A stretch of DNA of 64,000 nt, from positions 304,916,001-304,980,000 of the forward strand of contig NC_091977.1 of NCBI RefSeq assembly GCF_044704955.1, in the 5' to 3' direction. Position numbers and translations under genes: made by a program. The stretch's first letter is position 1. Every line of letters begins with the position of its first letter. This DNA comes from Pristiophorus japonicus (lineage: Eukaryota). Below are positions 11,880 through 24,589 of this stretch, piece after piece. The notes under the pieces are model-generated. The model made no database searches. It saw nothing but the letters and a program-made list of their open reading frames with translations, and was not told the origin of the DNA.

Positions 11880-14874
11880 ATTAAGTCCCATTTTCTCACT
11901 GGGGACACCTTCCATTTTAAATGGGATCCTCATGGACAACCCCAACAGCGACAGACCGGAGTGTCGCATTGCTATTGTTGCCCAGGAACTCAGACGCTTC
12001 GACGTTGACATCGCCGCCCTAAGTGAGACCCGACGGGCAGGGGAAGGCCAGCTCAAGAACAAGGTTACACCTTCTTCTGGAGAAGCAAACCAGAAGAAGA
12101 ACGCCGCCTTCATAGAGTCGGCTTGTCATCAAGAATGAGCTAGTGGGCCATCTGAGCCTCCCCCTGCGGGATAAGTGAACGTCTCATGACTCTTCGGCTC
12201 ACCCTAGCCCAGAACCAGTGTGCTATGGTCATCAGCGCGTACGCCCCAACACTGGCCGCTAAAGATGAGACCAAGGAGAAATTCTACTCCAGCCTCGACA
12301 TTCCCTGTCCCGAGTCCCAACGGACAACAAGCTGATCCTTCTTGGCGATTTCAATGCCTGAATCAGAAAGGACACAGACCTGTGGAGGTGTGATCAGCAG
12401 AGAGGGGGTAGAGAAAACCATCTCCAACGGTACCCTGCTCCTGACAAAATGCCCAGAACATGACCTTGTCATTACTAACACCTTGTTCCATCAGAGAGAC
12501 AAGAACAAGGCATCATGGCAACACCCTCACTCCAAGCAATGGCATCTGCTCAACTACATCATCGTCTGAGCGAGGGACCACAAGGACGTGCGCATCAGCC
12601 ACACCATAACAGGAAATGATGACTGCTGGATGGACCACCACCAAATCCGTTCCATCATTAACATCAAGATAGCCCCAAATCAGCGACGGCAATAGAAACA
12701 ATGCCACAGGAAAGTCAATGCTGGGGCACTAAAAGACCCTGATAAGAAAGCCTATTCAGACAGCGCCTCACTGCCAAACTGGCGAACCTCGATGACCCAG
12801 AGATGCAGAGTGCCTACAGCGCCTGGTCTGCCCTCAAGGTCTCCATAATCAGCATCGGCGAAGAGACCCTCGGTCACTCGACCAGGAAACACCAAGACTG
12901 GTTTGACGAGAATGACCAGGAGATCCAGGAGCTAATTAGCCGCAAGCGCAAGGCATTTCTGAACTTATAGCAGCAACCCAACTCGAAAGGAAGAAAGCAG
13001 CTCTACAGATGGCTGATAGCTGAGGTCCAACAAAAAACTCGCGACCTAAAGAATAGATGGTGGGTGGAGAAAGCATAGGAGATCCAGCAGCTAGCCGACA
13101 ACCACGACATGCAAGGATTCGTCAGCGCAGCCAAGACCACCTATGGCCCAAGCACGCAAGGCCCTACCCCACTGCTGGCCAAGAACGAAGAGGCACTCAT
13201 CAAGGACAGAGAGGCAGTCAGGACCCGCTGGAAGGAGCATTTCGAAGGTCTCCTTAATCAAGATTCTGCCTTCGACACAAGTGTCCTCGACTCCATCCTG
13301 CACCATGCTACCCGCCATCATCTCCGCACAACCCCAGCCCGGCACGAGGTAGAAAAGGCCATCCATCAGCTGAAGAACAACAAGGCAACGGGAGCAGATG
13401 AAATTCCCGCCGAAGTATTAAAGCATGGCAGAGAAGCACTATTGGCACAAATACATGACCTCATCTCTCTTATCTGGAAGGAGGCGAGCATGCCAAGAGA
13501 TCTCAGAGACGCCGTAATCATAACCATCTACAAGAAAGGGGACAAGTTTGACTGCGGTAACTACAGAGGAATCTCCCTGCTGTTGGCCACAAGGAAAGTC
13601 ATCGCAAGAATACTCCTCAAATCGTCTTCTCCCTGTGTCTGACGAGCTCCTCTCAGAATCGCAATGCGGATTCCATTCACTAAGGTGTACAACGGACATG
13701 ATCTTCACCGCACGACAACTACAAGAGAAATGCAGGGAACAGCACCAACCCTTGTACATGGCCTTCTTTGACCTCACAAAGGCCTTTGACACTGTCAACT
13801 ATGAGGGAATATGGAGAGTTCTCCTCCATTTCGGCTGCCCCCAAAAGATTATCACCATCCTCCGCCTGCTCCACGATGACATGCAGGTCGTGATCCTGAC
13901 CAATGGATCCACCACAGACCCAATCCACGTCCGGACTGGGGTCAAGCAAGGCTGCGTCATCACACCAATGTTCTTCTCGATCTTCCTTGCTGCAATGGTT
14001 TATCTCACCCTCAGCAAGCTTCCCACTGGAGTAGAAATAAACTATAGAACGAATGGGAATCTGTTCAACTTGCCCGGTTCCAGGCTAGATCCAAGGTCGT
14101 CCCATCCCCTGTCATGGAACTACAGTACGTGGACGACTCTAGTGTCTGCGCACATTCGGAGTCCGAACTCCAAGCCATCATCAACACCTTTACCGAGGCG
14201 TACGAAAGCAAGGGCCTTACACTAAACAGCCGTAAGACAAAGGTCCTCCACCAACCTGACCCCGCCACACAGCACTGCCACCCGGTTATCAAAATTCACG
14301 GCGAGGCAGCCTACTATCAGCAAGGGCAGACACCGAAGACGAGGTCCAACACCACCTCCAGTGTGTCAGTGCAGTCTTCGATCGTCTGAGGAAGAGAGTG
14401 CTTGAAGACCAGGACCTCAAATCTGGCACCGAGCGTATGGTCTACAGGGCAGTGGTGATACCCGCTCTCCTATATGGCTCAGAGATATGGACTATCTACA
14501 GCAGACATCTCAAATCACTGGAGAAGTACCACCAACGCTGCTCCAAAAGATCCTGCAAATCCATTGGGATGATAGGCGCACCAACGTCAGTGTTCTCGCC
14601 CAGGCCAACAATCCCAGCATTGAAGCACTGAGCACGCTCGATCAGTTCCGTTGGGTGGGCCACATCGTCTGCCTGCCTGACACGAGACTCCCAAAGCAAG
14701 CGCTCTGCTCGGAGCTTCGTCAAGGCAAGTGAGCCCCAGGTGGGCAGATCAAGCGCTTCAAGAACCCTCAAAGCCTCCTTGATAAAGTGCAACATCCCCA
14801 CCGGCACCTAGGAATCCCTGGCCCAAGACCACCCAATGTGGAGGAAAAGCATCCGTGAGGGTGCTTAACACCTC
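11880..14874 (+). mobile_element. RTE-clade LINE, near full-length ORF with many frameshifts
   Basis: EN motifs DIAALSETR, AYAPTL, LLGDFNA; RT motifs ESQCGF, DLTKAFDTV, GVKQGC, LQYVDD. Cut at the 3' end by the Harbinger-like end at 14875. Confidence 0.92.
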
Positions 14875-15466
14875 GGGCCAGACTTTTCACTTTTTTGCAT
14901 TGATACCGCCCACTTAACGTCCATTTTAACGCTGAGCTGAGGTATAATGCCCAGATATCACCCATTTAGGCACAAAATGGAAACGAATGCCCACTTATTG
15001 CTCACTTATTGCCCAGCGTTACTTTTGGCACGTAATTAATGCCGAGAAATAATACCCCCGACCCACTTTTTTTGTCATAAAGATCAGAATGGCCGAAACT
15101 AATGCCCATAATATCGCCAAGCGGTACTTTCGGCACCTCGCCCACATACTACCGAAAATATCACTCTCCGAAAAAAACGCTGAGAAAAAGTTGCTCTCAC
15201 CTGAACTAAACCGAGCGGTATGAACGCCATTTTGTAAATCGGAGGTTGGTTCATATAAAAGGCTGCGTCAACTTCTGGGGCGTTTTGATGTACTATGGAG
15301 GTCTTTTAAGGTGATTTGAAAATCTGAACAAACTTATCATACTGTGGACGATTTGAGTTATTTTAGGTATCTTAGTAGGTAAATTTGTTGTTTGTGAACA
15401 ATAGATATAATACTGAGAGTTATTGTAATGGGGCCTGTAATTTCTCAACCTGTCTTGATGACCACG
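14875..15466. mobile_element. Terminal segment of a Harbinger-type transposon
   Basis: Starts GGGCCAGACTTTTCAC; homologous in inverted orientation to 1-450; TATA-like CATATAAAAGG at ~15252. Confidence 0.6.
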
Positions 15467-16380
15467 TACATAAGAACATAAGAAATAGGAACAGGAGTGG
15501 GCCATAGGGACCCTCGAGCCTGCTCTGCCATTTAATATCATGATTGATCGGATCATGGACTCAGCTCCACTTCCCTGCCCGCTCCCCATAACCCTTTATC
15601 CCCTTATTGTTTAAGAAACTGTCTATTTCTGTCTTAAATTTATTTAATGTCCTAGCTTCCACAGCTCTCTGAGGCACTGAATTCCACAGATTTACAACCC
15701 TCGAAGAGAAGAAATTTCTCCTCATCTCTGTTTTAAATGGGTGGCCCCTTATTCTAAGATCATGCCCTCTAGTTCTAGTCTCCCCCATCAGTGGAAACAT
15801 CCTCTCTGCATCCACCTTGTCAAGCCCCCTCATAATCTTATACATTTCGATAAGATCACCTCTCATTCTTCTGAATTCCAATGAGTAGAGGCCCAACCTA
15901 CTCAACCTTTCCTCATAAGTCAACCCCTTCATCTCCGGAATCAACCTCGTGAACCTTCTCTGAACTGCCTCCAAAGCAAGTATATCCTTTCGTAAATATG
16001 GAAACCAGGACTGCACGCAGTATTCCAGGTGTCGCCTCACCAATATCCTGTATAGCTGTAGCAAGACTTTCCTGCTTTCATATTCCATCCCCTTTGCAAT
16101 AAAGGCCCAGATTCCATTGGCCTTCCTGATCACTTGCTGTACCTGCATACTATCCTTTTGTGTTTCATGCACAAGTACCCCCAGGTCCCGCTGTACTGCA
16201 GCACTTAGCAATCTTACTCCATTTAAATAATAACTTGCACTTTGATTTTTTCTGCCAAAGTACATGACCTTATACTTTCCAACATTGTACTCCAACTGCC
16301 AAATTTTTGCCCACTCACTTAGCCTGTCTATGTCCTTTTGCAGATTTTTTTGTGTCCTCCTCACACATTGCTTTTCTTCT
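15467..16380 (-). mobile_element. CR1 LINE 3' portion
   Basis: ORF 15561..16505 encodes the CR1 RT C-terminus; ACATAAGA tail. Confidence 0.93.
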
Positions 16381-17866
16381 ACATAAGAACATAAGAAATA
16401 GGAACAGGAGTAGGCCATACGGCCCCTCGAGCCTGTTCTACCATTCAATAAGATCGTAGCTGATCTGATCATGGACTCAGCTCCACTTCCCTGCCTGCTC
16501 CCCATAACCCCTTATCCCCTTATCAATTAAGAAACCGTCTATTTCTGTCTTAAATTTATTCAATGTCCCAGCTTCCACAGCTCTCTAAGGCAGCGAATTC
16601 CACAGATTAACAACCCACTGAGAGAAGAAATTTCTCCTCATCTCTGTTTTAAATAGGTGGCCCCTTATTCTAAGATCATGCCCTCTAGTTCGAGTCTCCC
16701 CCATCAGTGGAAACATCCTCTCTGCATCCACCCTGTCATGTCCCCTCATAATCTTATACATCTCGATAAGATCACCTCCCATTCGTCTGAATTCCAATGA
16801 GTAGAGGCCCAACCTACTCAAACTTTCCTCATAAGTCAACCCCCTCATCCCCAGAATCAACCTAGTGAACCTTCTCTGAACTGCCTCCAAAGCAAGTATA
16901 TCCTTTCGTAAATATGAAAACCAAAACTGCATGCAGTATTCCAGGTGTGGCCTCACCAATATCTTATATAGCTGTAGTAAGACTTCCCTGCTTTGATACT
17001 CCATCCTCTTTGCAATAAAGGCCAAGATTCCATTGGCCTTCCTGATCACTTGCTGTACCTGCATACTAACCTTTTGTGTTTCATGCACAAGTACCCCCAG
17101 GTCCCGCTGTACTGCGGCACTTTGCAATCTTTCTCCATTTAAATAATAACTTGCTCTTTGATTTCTTTCTGACGAAGTGCATGACCTCACACTTATACTC
17201 CATCTGCCAAATTTTTGCCCACTCACTTAGACTGTCTGTGTCCTTTTGCAAATTTTTTGTATCCTCCTCACACATTGCTTTTCCTCCCATCTTTGTATCG
17301 TCAGCAAACTTGGCTACATTACACTCAGTCCCTTCTTCGAAGTCGTTAATATAGATTTTAAATAGTTGGGGTCCCAGCACTGATCCCTTCGGCACCCCAC
17401 TAGTTACTGATTGCTAACCAGAGAATGAATCATTTATCCCGGCTCTCTGTTCTCTGTTAGTTAGCCAATCCTCTATCCAATGCTAATATATTTCCCCCAA
17501 CACCGTGAACTTTTTATCTTGTGCAGTAACCTTTTATGTGGCACCTTGTCAAATGCCTTCTGGAAGTCCAAATACACCACATCCACTGGTTCCCCTTTAT
17601 CCACCCTGTTCATTACATCCTCAAAGAATTCCAGCAAATTTGTCAAACATGACTTCCCCTTCGTAAATCCCTGCTGACTCTGCCTGACTGAATTTTGTTT
17701 TTCGAAATGTCCTGCTACTGCTTCTTTAATAATGGACTCCAACATTTTCCCAACCACAAATGTTAGGCTACTGATCTATTGTTTCCTGCTTTTTGCCTGC
17801 CTCCTTTTTTAAATAGGGGTGTTACATTTGCAGTTTTCCAATCTGCTGGGACCTCCCCAGAATCCA
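16381..17866 (-). mobile_element. CR1 LINE RT region (second, tandem copy)
   Basis: QGFTKGKSCLTNL, YLDFQKAFDKV, GSVLGPQLF and FADDTK motifs; has its own 3' tail at 16381. Confidence 0.93.
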
Positions 17867-17869
17867 GGC

Positions 17870-19072
17870 CATCTGTTGGGATATGCCCTCCATTGTCTGT
17901 AGGATCTGCTGAACTATGTCAACACTCCTCCTGGACAAGTGTACCATATCCCCGCTCAGATCTGCTGCTTGTTGAACAGACCTGCCGCGTCAAACCAACC
18001 TCCGTTAGGTCGGCGCCATCCTGGAGACACGTCGGGTACCCTGCGGCAAGGTGCTTGGTCCCGGTACCTCCACGGTGGAGGAGGGAATGGCTGCAGGAGC
18101 ACTAGATATCATGGGTATTGACTGCATTATGGAGCTTGGCGATTCAGGCTCCTCAAAGTCCGCACTCTCATTCATGGAAAAGGCACCCAGCACCTCCACG
18201 GGTGAGAATCAGGGCTTCTCAGCACCAGATGCACGATTGTCCGGTGACTCCGGCTCCGCACACCCAGCTTCTGGGCTCAGTGGTGTTGCATGGGGCTGCG
18301 CTGCTGGCTGAGCTACAAAACATAAATTAGGTTATTAGAGGAGAAGCGGGTGCTAGGGTCACAAGGTGATTCCAGCACTACACACAGCATATGCACGACA
18401 AAAGCACCACCGCTATCAAAATCATCACAGACATCACATTTCATGACCATTATCAAATTCTGCATTGCAATGATTCTCATGAGGCCATCATTATTTGGAG
18501 AACACTTTTATCAATCTATCATATATTATTGGTCGGATATGAATGGGTGTGGCATTAATTGACTTTACATTACACAATGGTGTATACTTTACTCACATGG
18601 CATCACATCAGGTTCTGCATCTGCATGAGTGGCTAACCGGGGGTGGGTCCCCACTAGTGCCAGCACCCGCTCCTCGATGTCAGTGAAGTCACTGATGACT
18701 GGTGGCCCGCCACCCGTTCGCTTCTGCTCAGCCCTATTCTTCGAAAGCTTCATCTGTAAAATGTAACACCAGCACGACATGGCATGAGATCATTGTGTGA
18801 GATTATTGCTAGGTACTGTCACAGAGACTGAAACAACACATAACTGATAGATGTAAGAATGATTATTGCGATAATTATCATTCTTTACCTAAAGATGCAC
18901 ACCGTTAATGAAGGCTTTGAGTAAAACATTCCCGGTATAAGTGCAAGACATCACATCAGATTTTAATCAATCTTAAAATCAAATCAAATTACATAAATAT
19001 ATAAGTACATATAAGTAAATGTAATACTTCCACTGGCGGAGCTGACAAGGTCGTTCCAGCGCTTGCGGCACT
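17870..19072 (-). pseudogene. Spliced Myb/SANT-like (NAIF1/MSANTD-type) Harbinger second gene, 5'-truncated
   Basis: QCRKRWNDLVSSA (19033-19072); exon 18594-18753 MKLSKNRAEQKRTGGGPP...EERVLAL bounded by TTTTACAG and GTGAGT; further acceptor TTTTGTAG at ~18313. Confidence 0.75.
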
Positions 19073-22000
19073 GAAGGTCAGGAAGTGGCGAGCTATGTCG
19101 CCGAGCTGAGGTGACTTGCAGGACAATGTGAGTTTCATGGCTACCTGGAGCAGATGCTCAGAGACTTTTTTGTACTGGGCATTGGCAAATCCTACATCCT
19201 ACAAAAACTTTTGACTGCAGAGACACCGACCCTCAGTAAGGCCATTACGATAGCACAGGTGTTTATGTCCACCAGTGATAACACCAAACAAATCTCTCAA
19301 CATACAAGTGCTAGCAATGTTCATAAAATAACTGGAACTGTGTTTGCGAGCAGAAATGTACAGGGCAGAACCCGTGATTCTGCAACTGCCAGCAGACCTC
19401 AGGTGATCCAGATGACTCAGATTCCGCAACAAAGGATGAATGCAAGGCAATTCACACCTTGTTGGCGTTGTGGAGGCTTCCATTCAGCTTATTCATGCCG
19501 CTTCAAAGGATATGTTTGCAAGAGCTGTGGAACAATGGGGCACCTCCGATGAGCATGCAGATGAACTGCAAGCTCTACAAAACCTGCTGACCACCACATG
19601 GCAAAGTAAGATCGGTCCTTGGTGGATCAAAGCAATTTTAAGCCTCAGAGAGAGGAGGTCAATGCTGAAGTACACGGGGTGCACACATTTTTGATGAAAT
19701 GTCCACCCATAAGGCTAAATGTTAAATTGAATGGCTTACTTGTAGCCATGGAACTGGATACTGGCGCTAGCCAATCCATCATGAGTAAAAAGATGTTTGA
19801 GAGACTGTGGTGCAACAAGGCACTCAGACCAGCCCTGACCCCATCCACACGGAACTGAGAATGTACACCAAAGAGCTTATCACTGTCCTGGGCAGCGCCA
19901 TGGTCAAGGTCACCTACAAGGGCACGGTGCATGAAGTGCCACTCTGGATGGTCCCAGGCGATGGTCCCACACTGCTTGGAAGGAGCTGGCTGGGCAAAAT
20001 CCGCTGGAACTGGGATGACATCCGAGTGCAATCACATGTCGATGAGGCCTCATGTACCCAGGTTCTTAACAAATTTCCTTCCCTTTTTGAGCCAGGCATT
20101 GGAAAATTTTCCAGGGTGAAGGTGCGGATCCACTTGGTCCCAGAGGCACGACCCATTCACCACAAGGCGCGAGCGGTACCTTACATGATGAGGGAGAGAG
20201 TGGAAATCGATCTGGACGGGCTGCAACGTGAGAGCATCATCTCCCCAGTGGAATTCGGCGAGTGGGCCAGCCGATTGTTCCAGTACTCAAAAGTAATGGC
20301 ACAGTCAGGATTTGCGGCGATTATAAAGTAACTATTAATCGTTTCTTGCTACAGGACCAATAACCACTACCCAAGGCAGACGACCTATTTGCGACGCTGA
20401 CAGGAGGCAAGACGTTCACCAAGCTCGACCTGACTTCGACCAAGCTCAACCTGACTTCGGCCTACATGATGCAGGAGCTGGAAGAGTCTTCAAAGGGCCT
20501 TACCTGCATCAACACCCACAAGGGACTGTTCATCTACAACAGATGCCCGTTTGGAATTCGGTCGGCTGCAGCGATCTTCCAGAGAAACAGGGAGAGCCTA
20601 CTCAAGTCGGGACCATGCACGGTGGTTTTTCAGGACGACATATTGATCACGGGTCGGGACACCGTCGAGCACCTACAAAACCTGGAGGAGGTCCTCCAGC
20701 GACTGGATCGCGTAGGGCTGCGGCTGAAGAGGTCAAAATGCGTCTTCATGACAACAGAAGTGGCGTTTTTGGGAAGAAAGATCGCGGTGGGCGGCATTCG
20801 GCCCACAGACGCCAAGACAGAGGTTATGGGGAATGCGCCCAGGCCACAGAATGTCACGGAGCTGCGGTCATTCCTGGGACTCCTCAACTATTTTGGCAAC
20901 TTCCTACCGGGGTTATGCACCCTCTTAGAGCCCCTACATGTGTTATTGCGTAAAGGTGAGAACTAGGTATGGGGAAAAAAACAAGTAATTGCTTTTGAGA
21001 AAGCCAGAAACATTTTATGCTCCAGCAAGCTGCTTGTATTGTACAACCCGTGTAAAAGAGTTGTGTTCGCATGTGATGCGTCATCGTACGGAGTCGAGTG
21101 TGTATTACAACAAGCTAACATTGCGGGGAAGTTGCAACCTGTCGCCTATGCCTCCAGGAGCTTGTCTAAGGCCGAGAGAGCCTACAGCATGATTGAGAAA
21201 GAGGCATTAGCATGTGTGTTCAGGGTAAACAAAATGCATCAGTGCCTGTTTGGCCTCAAATTTGAGTGGGAAACCGATCACAAGCCCCTCATATCCCTGT
21301 TCGCTGAAAACAAGGGGATAAATACTAATGCCTCAACCCGCATACAAAGGTGGGCACTCGCGCTATCAGCTTATAACTATACCATCCACCACAGGCCAGG
21401 CACCGAGAACTGTGCGGATGCTCTCAGTCGGCTACCATTGCCCACCACGGGGGTGGAAATGGCGCAGCCCGCAGACTTGTTGATGGTGGCGCAGCCCGCA
21501 GACTTGTTGATGGTCATGGAAGCGTTTGAAAATGATAAGTCACCTGTCATGGCCCGCCAGATTAGGACTTGGACCAGCCAAGATCCTCTGCTGTCCCTAG
21601 TTAAAAACTGTGTACTGCATGGGAGCTGGGCCAGCATCCCCGTTGAAATGCAAGAGCTAATCAAGTCATTCCAGCGGCGAAAGGACGAGCTGTCCATTCA
21701 GACAGACTGCCTGTTGTGGGGTAACCGCATAGTGCTACCCAAAAAGGGCAGGGGGACGTTCATCTCGAATCTCCACAGCACACGCCCGGGTATAGTAATG
21801 ATGAAAGCGATAGCCAGATCCCACGTGTGGTGGCCCGGCATCGACTCTGACTTAGAGTCCTGTGTACGGCAATGCCGCATGTGTGCTAAGTTGAGCAACG
21901 CGCCCAGCGAGGCACCACTAAGTTTGTGGTCCTGGCCCTCCAGACCATGGTCGAGGATCCATGTCGACTATGCGGGCCCGTTTCTTGGTAAAATGTTCCT

Positions 22001-23144
22001 GGTGGTGGTGGATGCTTTTTCAAAATGGATTGAACGTGAAATAATGTCGGGAAGCACCGCCACCACCACCATTGAAAGCCTGAGGGCCATGTTTGCCACC
22101 CATGGCCTGCCTGACATACTGGTCAGTGACAACGGGCCATGTTTCACCAGTGCCGAATTTAAAGACTTCATGACCCAAAATGGGATCAAACATGTCACCT
22201 CGGCCCCGTTTAAACCAGCCTCCAATGGGCAGGCAGAGCGGGCAGTACAAACAATCAAACAGAGCCTTAAACGAGTCACAGAAAGCTCACTCCAAACCCG
22301 CCTATCCTGAGTACTGCTCAGCTACCACACGAGACCCCACTCGTTCACAATGGTGGCCCCGGCTGAGCTACTCATGAAAAGGACACTTAAAACCAGACTC
22401 TCGCTGGTTCACCCCAACCTGCATGATCAGGTAGAGAGCAGGCAGCAGCAACAAAATGTAAACGATGGTCGCGCCACTGTGTCACGGGAAATTGATCTGA
22501 ATTACCCTGTATATGTGTTAAACTATGGACATGGTCCCAAGTGGATCGCTGGCACGGTGATAGCTAAAGAAGGGAGTAGGGTGTTTGTAGTCAAACTAGA
22601 CAATGGACAAATTTGCAGAAAGCACTTGGACCAAACGAGGCTGCGCTTCACAGACTGCCCTGAACAACCCACAGCAGACACCACTTTTTTCGAGCCCACA
22701 ACACACACCCAAAGGAATAATGATACCACCCCGGACCAGGAAATTGAACCCATCATTCCCAACAGCCCAGCAAGGCCAGGCTCACCTAGCAGCCCTGCAG
22801 GGCCAACAACACACCAGCCAATCGAGGGAACAGCCAACACACCAGAATAGACATTTGTACCGAGGCGGTCCCCCAGGGAAAGAAAGGCTCCCGACCTTGT
22901 AAATAGTTTTCACTTTGACTTTGCAGGGGATTGATGTTGTGTATCTGTAACGCATGCACTCCCATGTTCCGTCACCAGGGAGCGCATCCCCTGAAGTCCC
23001 AAGGGATCCCAGCATCCCTTGGGAGCACTGTATATAAGCTGGCCCCTAAGACCTGTTCCTCACATGGAGTGTCTTAATAAAGACTGAGGTCACTGTTACT
23101 TTAACCTCCCTGTGTGCAGTCTCATCTGTGTTCGGAACACAATA
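19071..23144 (+). mobile_element. Ty3/Gypsy LTR retrotransposon, 5'-truncated
   Basis: Gag with two Cys/His knuckles, PR (ELDTGAS), RT (FQDD), RNase H (CDASSYG), IN (HVDYAGP, SDNG, SNGQAER), PPT and 3' LTR. Confidence 0.95.
22935..23144 (+). repeat. 3' LTR of Gypsy element 1
   Basis: TGTTGTGT...ACACAATA after a purine-rich tract; contains TATATAA and AATAAA. Confidence 0.85.
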
Positions 23145-23157
23145 GAAATCATTTCTA

Positions 23158-24588
23158 GGGCCCAAGTCTCCGGTTCTGGCGAAAACGGCGCACCTCCAAG
23201 ACTTACGTGACCTGCCTGGGCTCGAAAGTGCACCGGAATCATCTTCAGCAATTCTCCGGTCCTCCTGTAGCATGGCGTGATGCAGCGTAGTCTCCCTGGG
23301 GCAGAGCAAGCCGATCGCAGCCTGCAGGGGGCCGGGACTAGGGATCAGCCTTCTTGTCAGTGCCGGCAGCATTGCACAGGCGCGTTGGAGCATGCGCGCC
23401 TGCGCAATGGCTCGGGGGAGCGTTTCTACCGGGGTGGGGAGGGGGGTGGATTGTGGGTATCAGGATGGAGGGGGAGGGGGAGCGTGAGTACCGGGATGGG
23501 GAAGGGGGGGAGCGTGGGCACCAGGATGGAGGGGGGTCGTGGCAACAGGGATGGACGGGGAGCATATCAACAGGGATGGAGGGGGAGCATGGCAAGGGAT
23601 GGAGGAGCGTGGGTTGGGGGCACTCGAAATGATCAAAGGACCGGAGCAGAGAGCAGGGGTGCCTCCTTCCAGCCTCCCCCCCCCCCGCCTTCACACACAC
23701 ACACCCCCACGCACACATACCCTCCCACACCACCACACACACATCCCCTCCCACACCCCCACGCACACATCCCCTCCCACACCCCCACCCACACATCCCC
23801 TCCCACACCCCCACACACACAGCCCCCCCCACACACATACACCACCGCCTCCATCCCTTGCCATGCTCCCCCTCCATCTCTGTTGCCATGCTCCCCGTCC
23901 ATCCCTGTTGCCACGCTCCCCCTCACTGTCAGATACAGAGAGAGAGAGAGAGAGACACTAGAGAGAGACACACTGACAGAGACACCTTCCCTTCACATAA
24001 AGGTAGGACTTCTATTTTTTATTGATTGATTGCTTATTAGTTTGGTCTTGGTGTTTTAGGTGCAGGGTTCCTTCTATTTTTTATTAATTAATTGCTTATT
24101 ACTTTTTGTGCTTCATTTAGTGCTTGGTGCTTTAAATGTGCTGCTTTGTTTAGTGCTTAGTGCATTAAATGTACTTTGCTTCTTTAATGTTGTTGTGAAG
24201 GTGTTTATGGAAAATCCTCGAACTTCCCTTTCCCCCTCCCCCTGTTGTGATGTTGATGTGTGCTTTGTGTTTAATGCTTCCCACCCGCCGTCTCTGGCTG
24301 TGCCTGCACTAAACTTAACTCCAGGTAAAGTTTTTCAGAACTTACAAAAGTGGACACTTACTCCATTCTAAGTTAGTTTGTAGTAAGTTTTCACTGTCGA
24401 AACTTGCAAAACAGGCCTGAGTGGCTGGACACACTCCCTTTTGAAAAAAAAAATACCTTACCTAAAGCCAACCTAAACTAACTCACTAGAACTGGAGCAA
24501 ACTAATATCCGAGAATTGCAATTTCTAACATACTCCAAACTAAACTAGTTGCTCCAAAAAACTAGGAGTAGCTCCACCCGAAACTTAG
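23158..24588 (+). mobile_element. Non-autonomous Harbinger-like element (left arm of a palindrome)
   Basis: Begins GGGCCCAAGT and ends CCCGAAACTTAG; internal CA/CCC-rich low-complexity block. Confidence 0.7.
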
Positions 24589-24589
24589 A

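Noticed and set aside
21459-21515. 27-bp in-frame duplication in Gypsy pol (and a 21-bp one at ~20418-20459)
   Set aside because: Ordinary slippage duplications in a decayed element.
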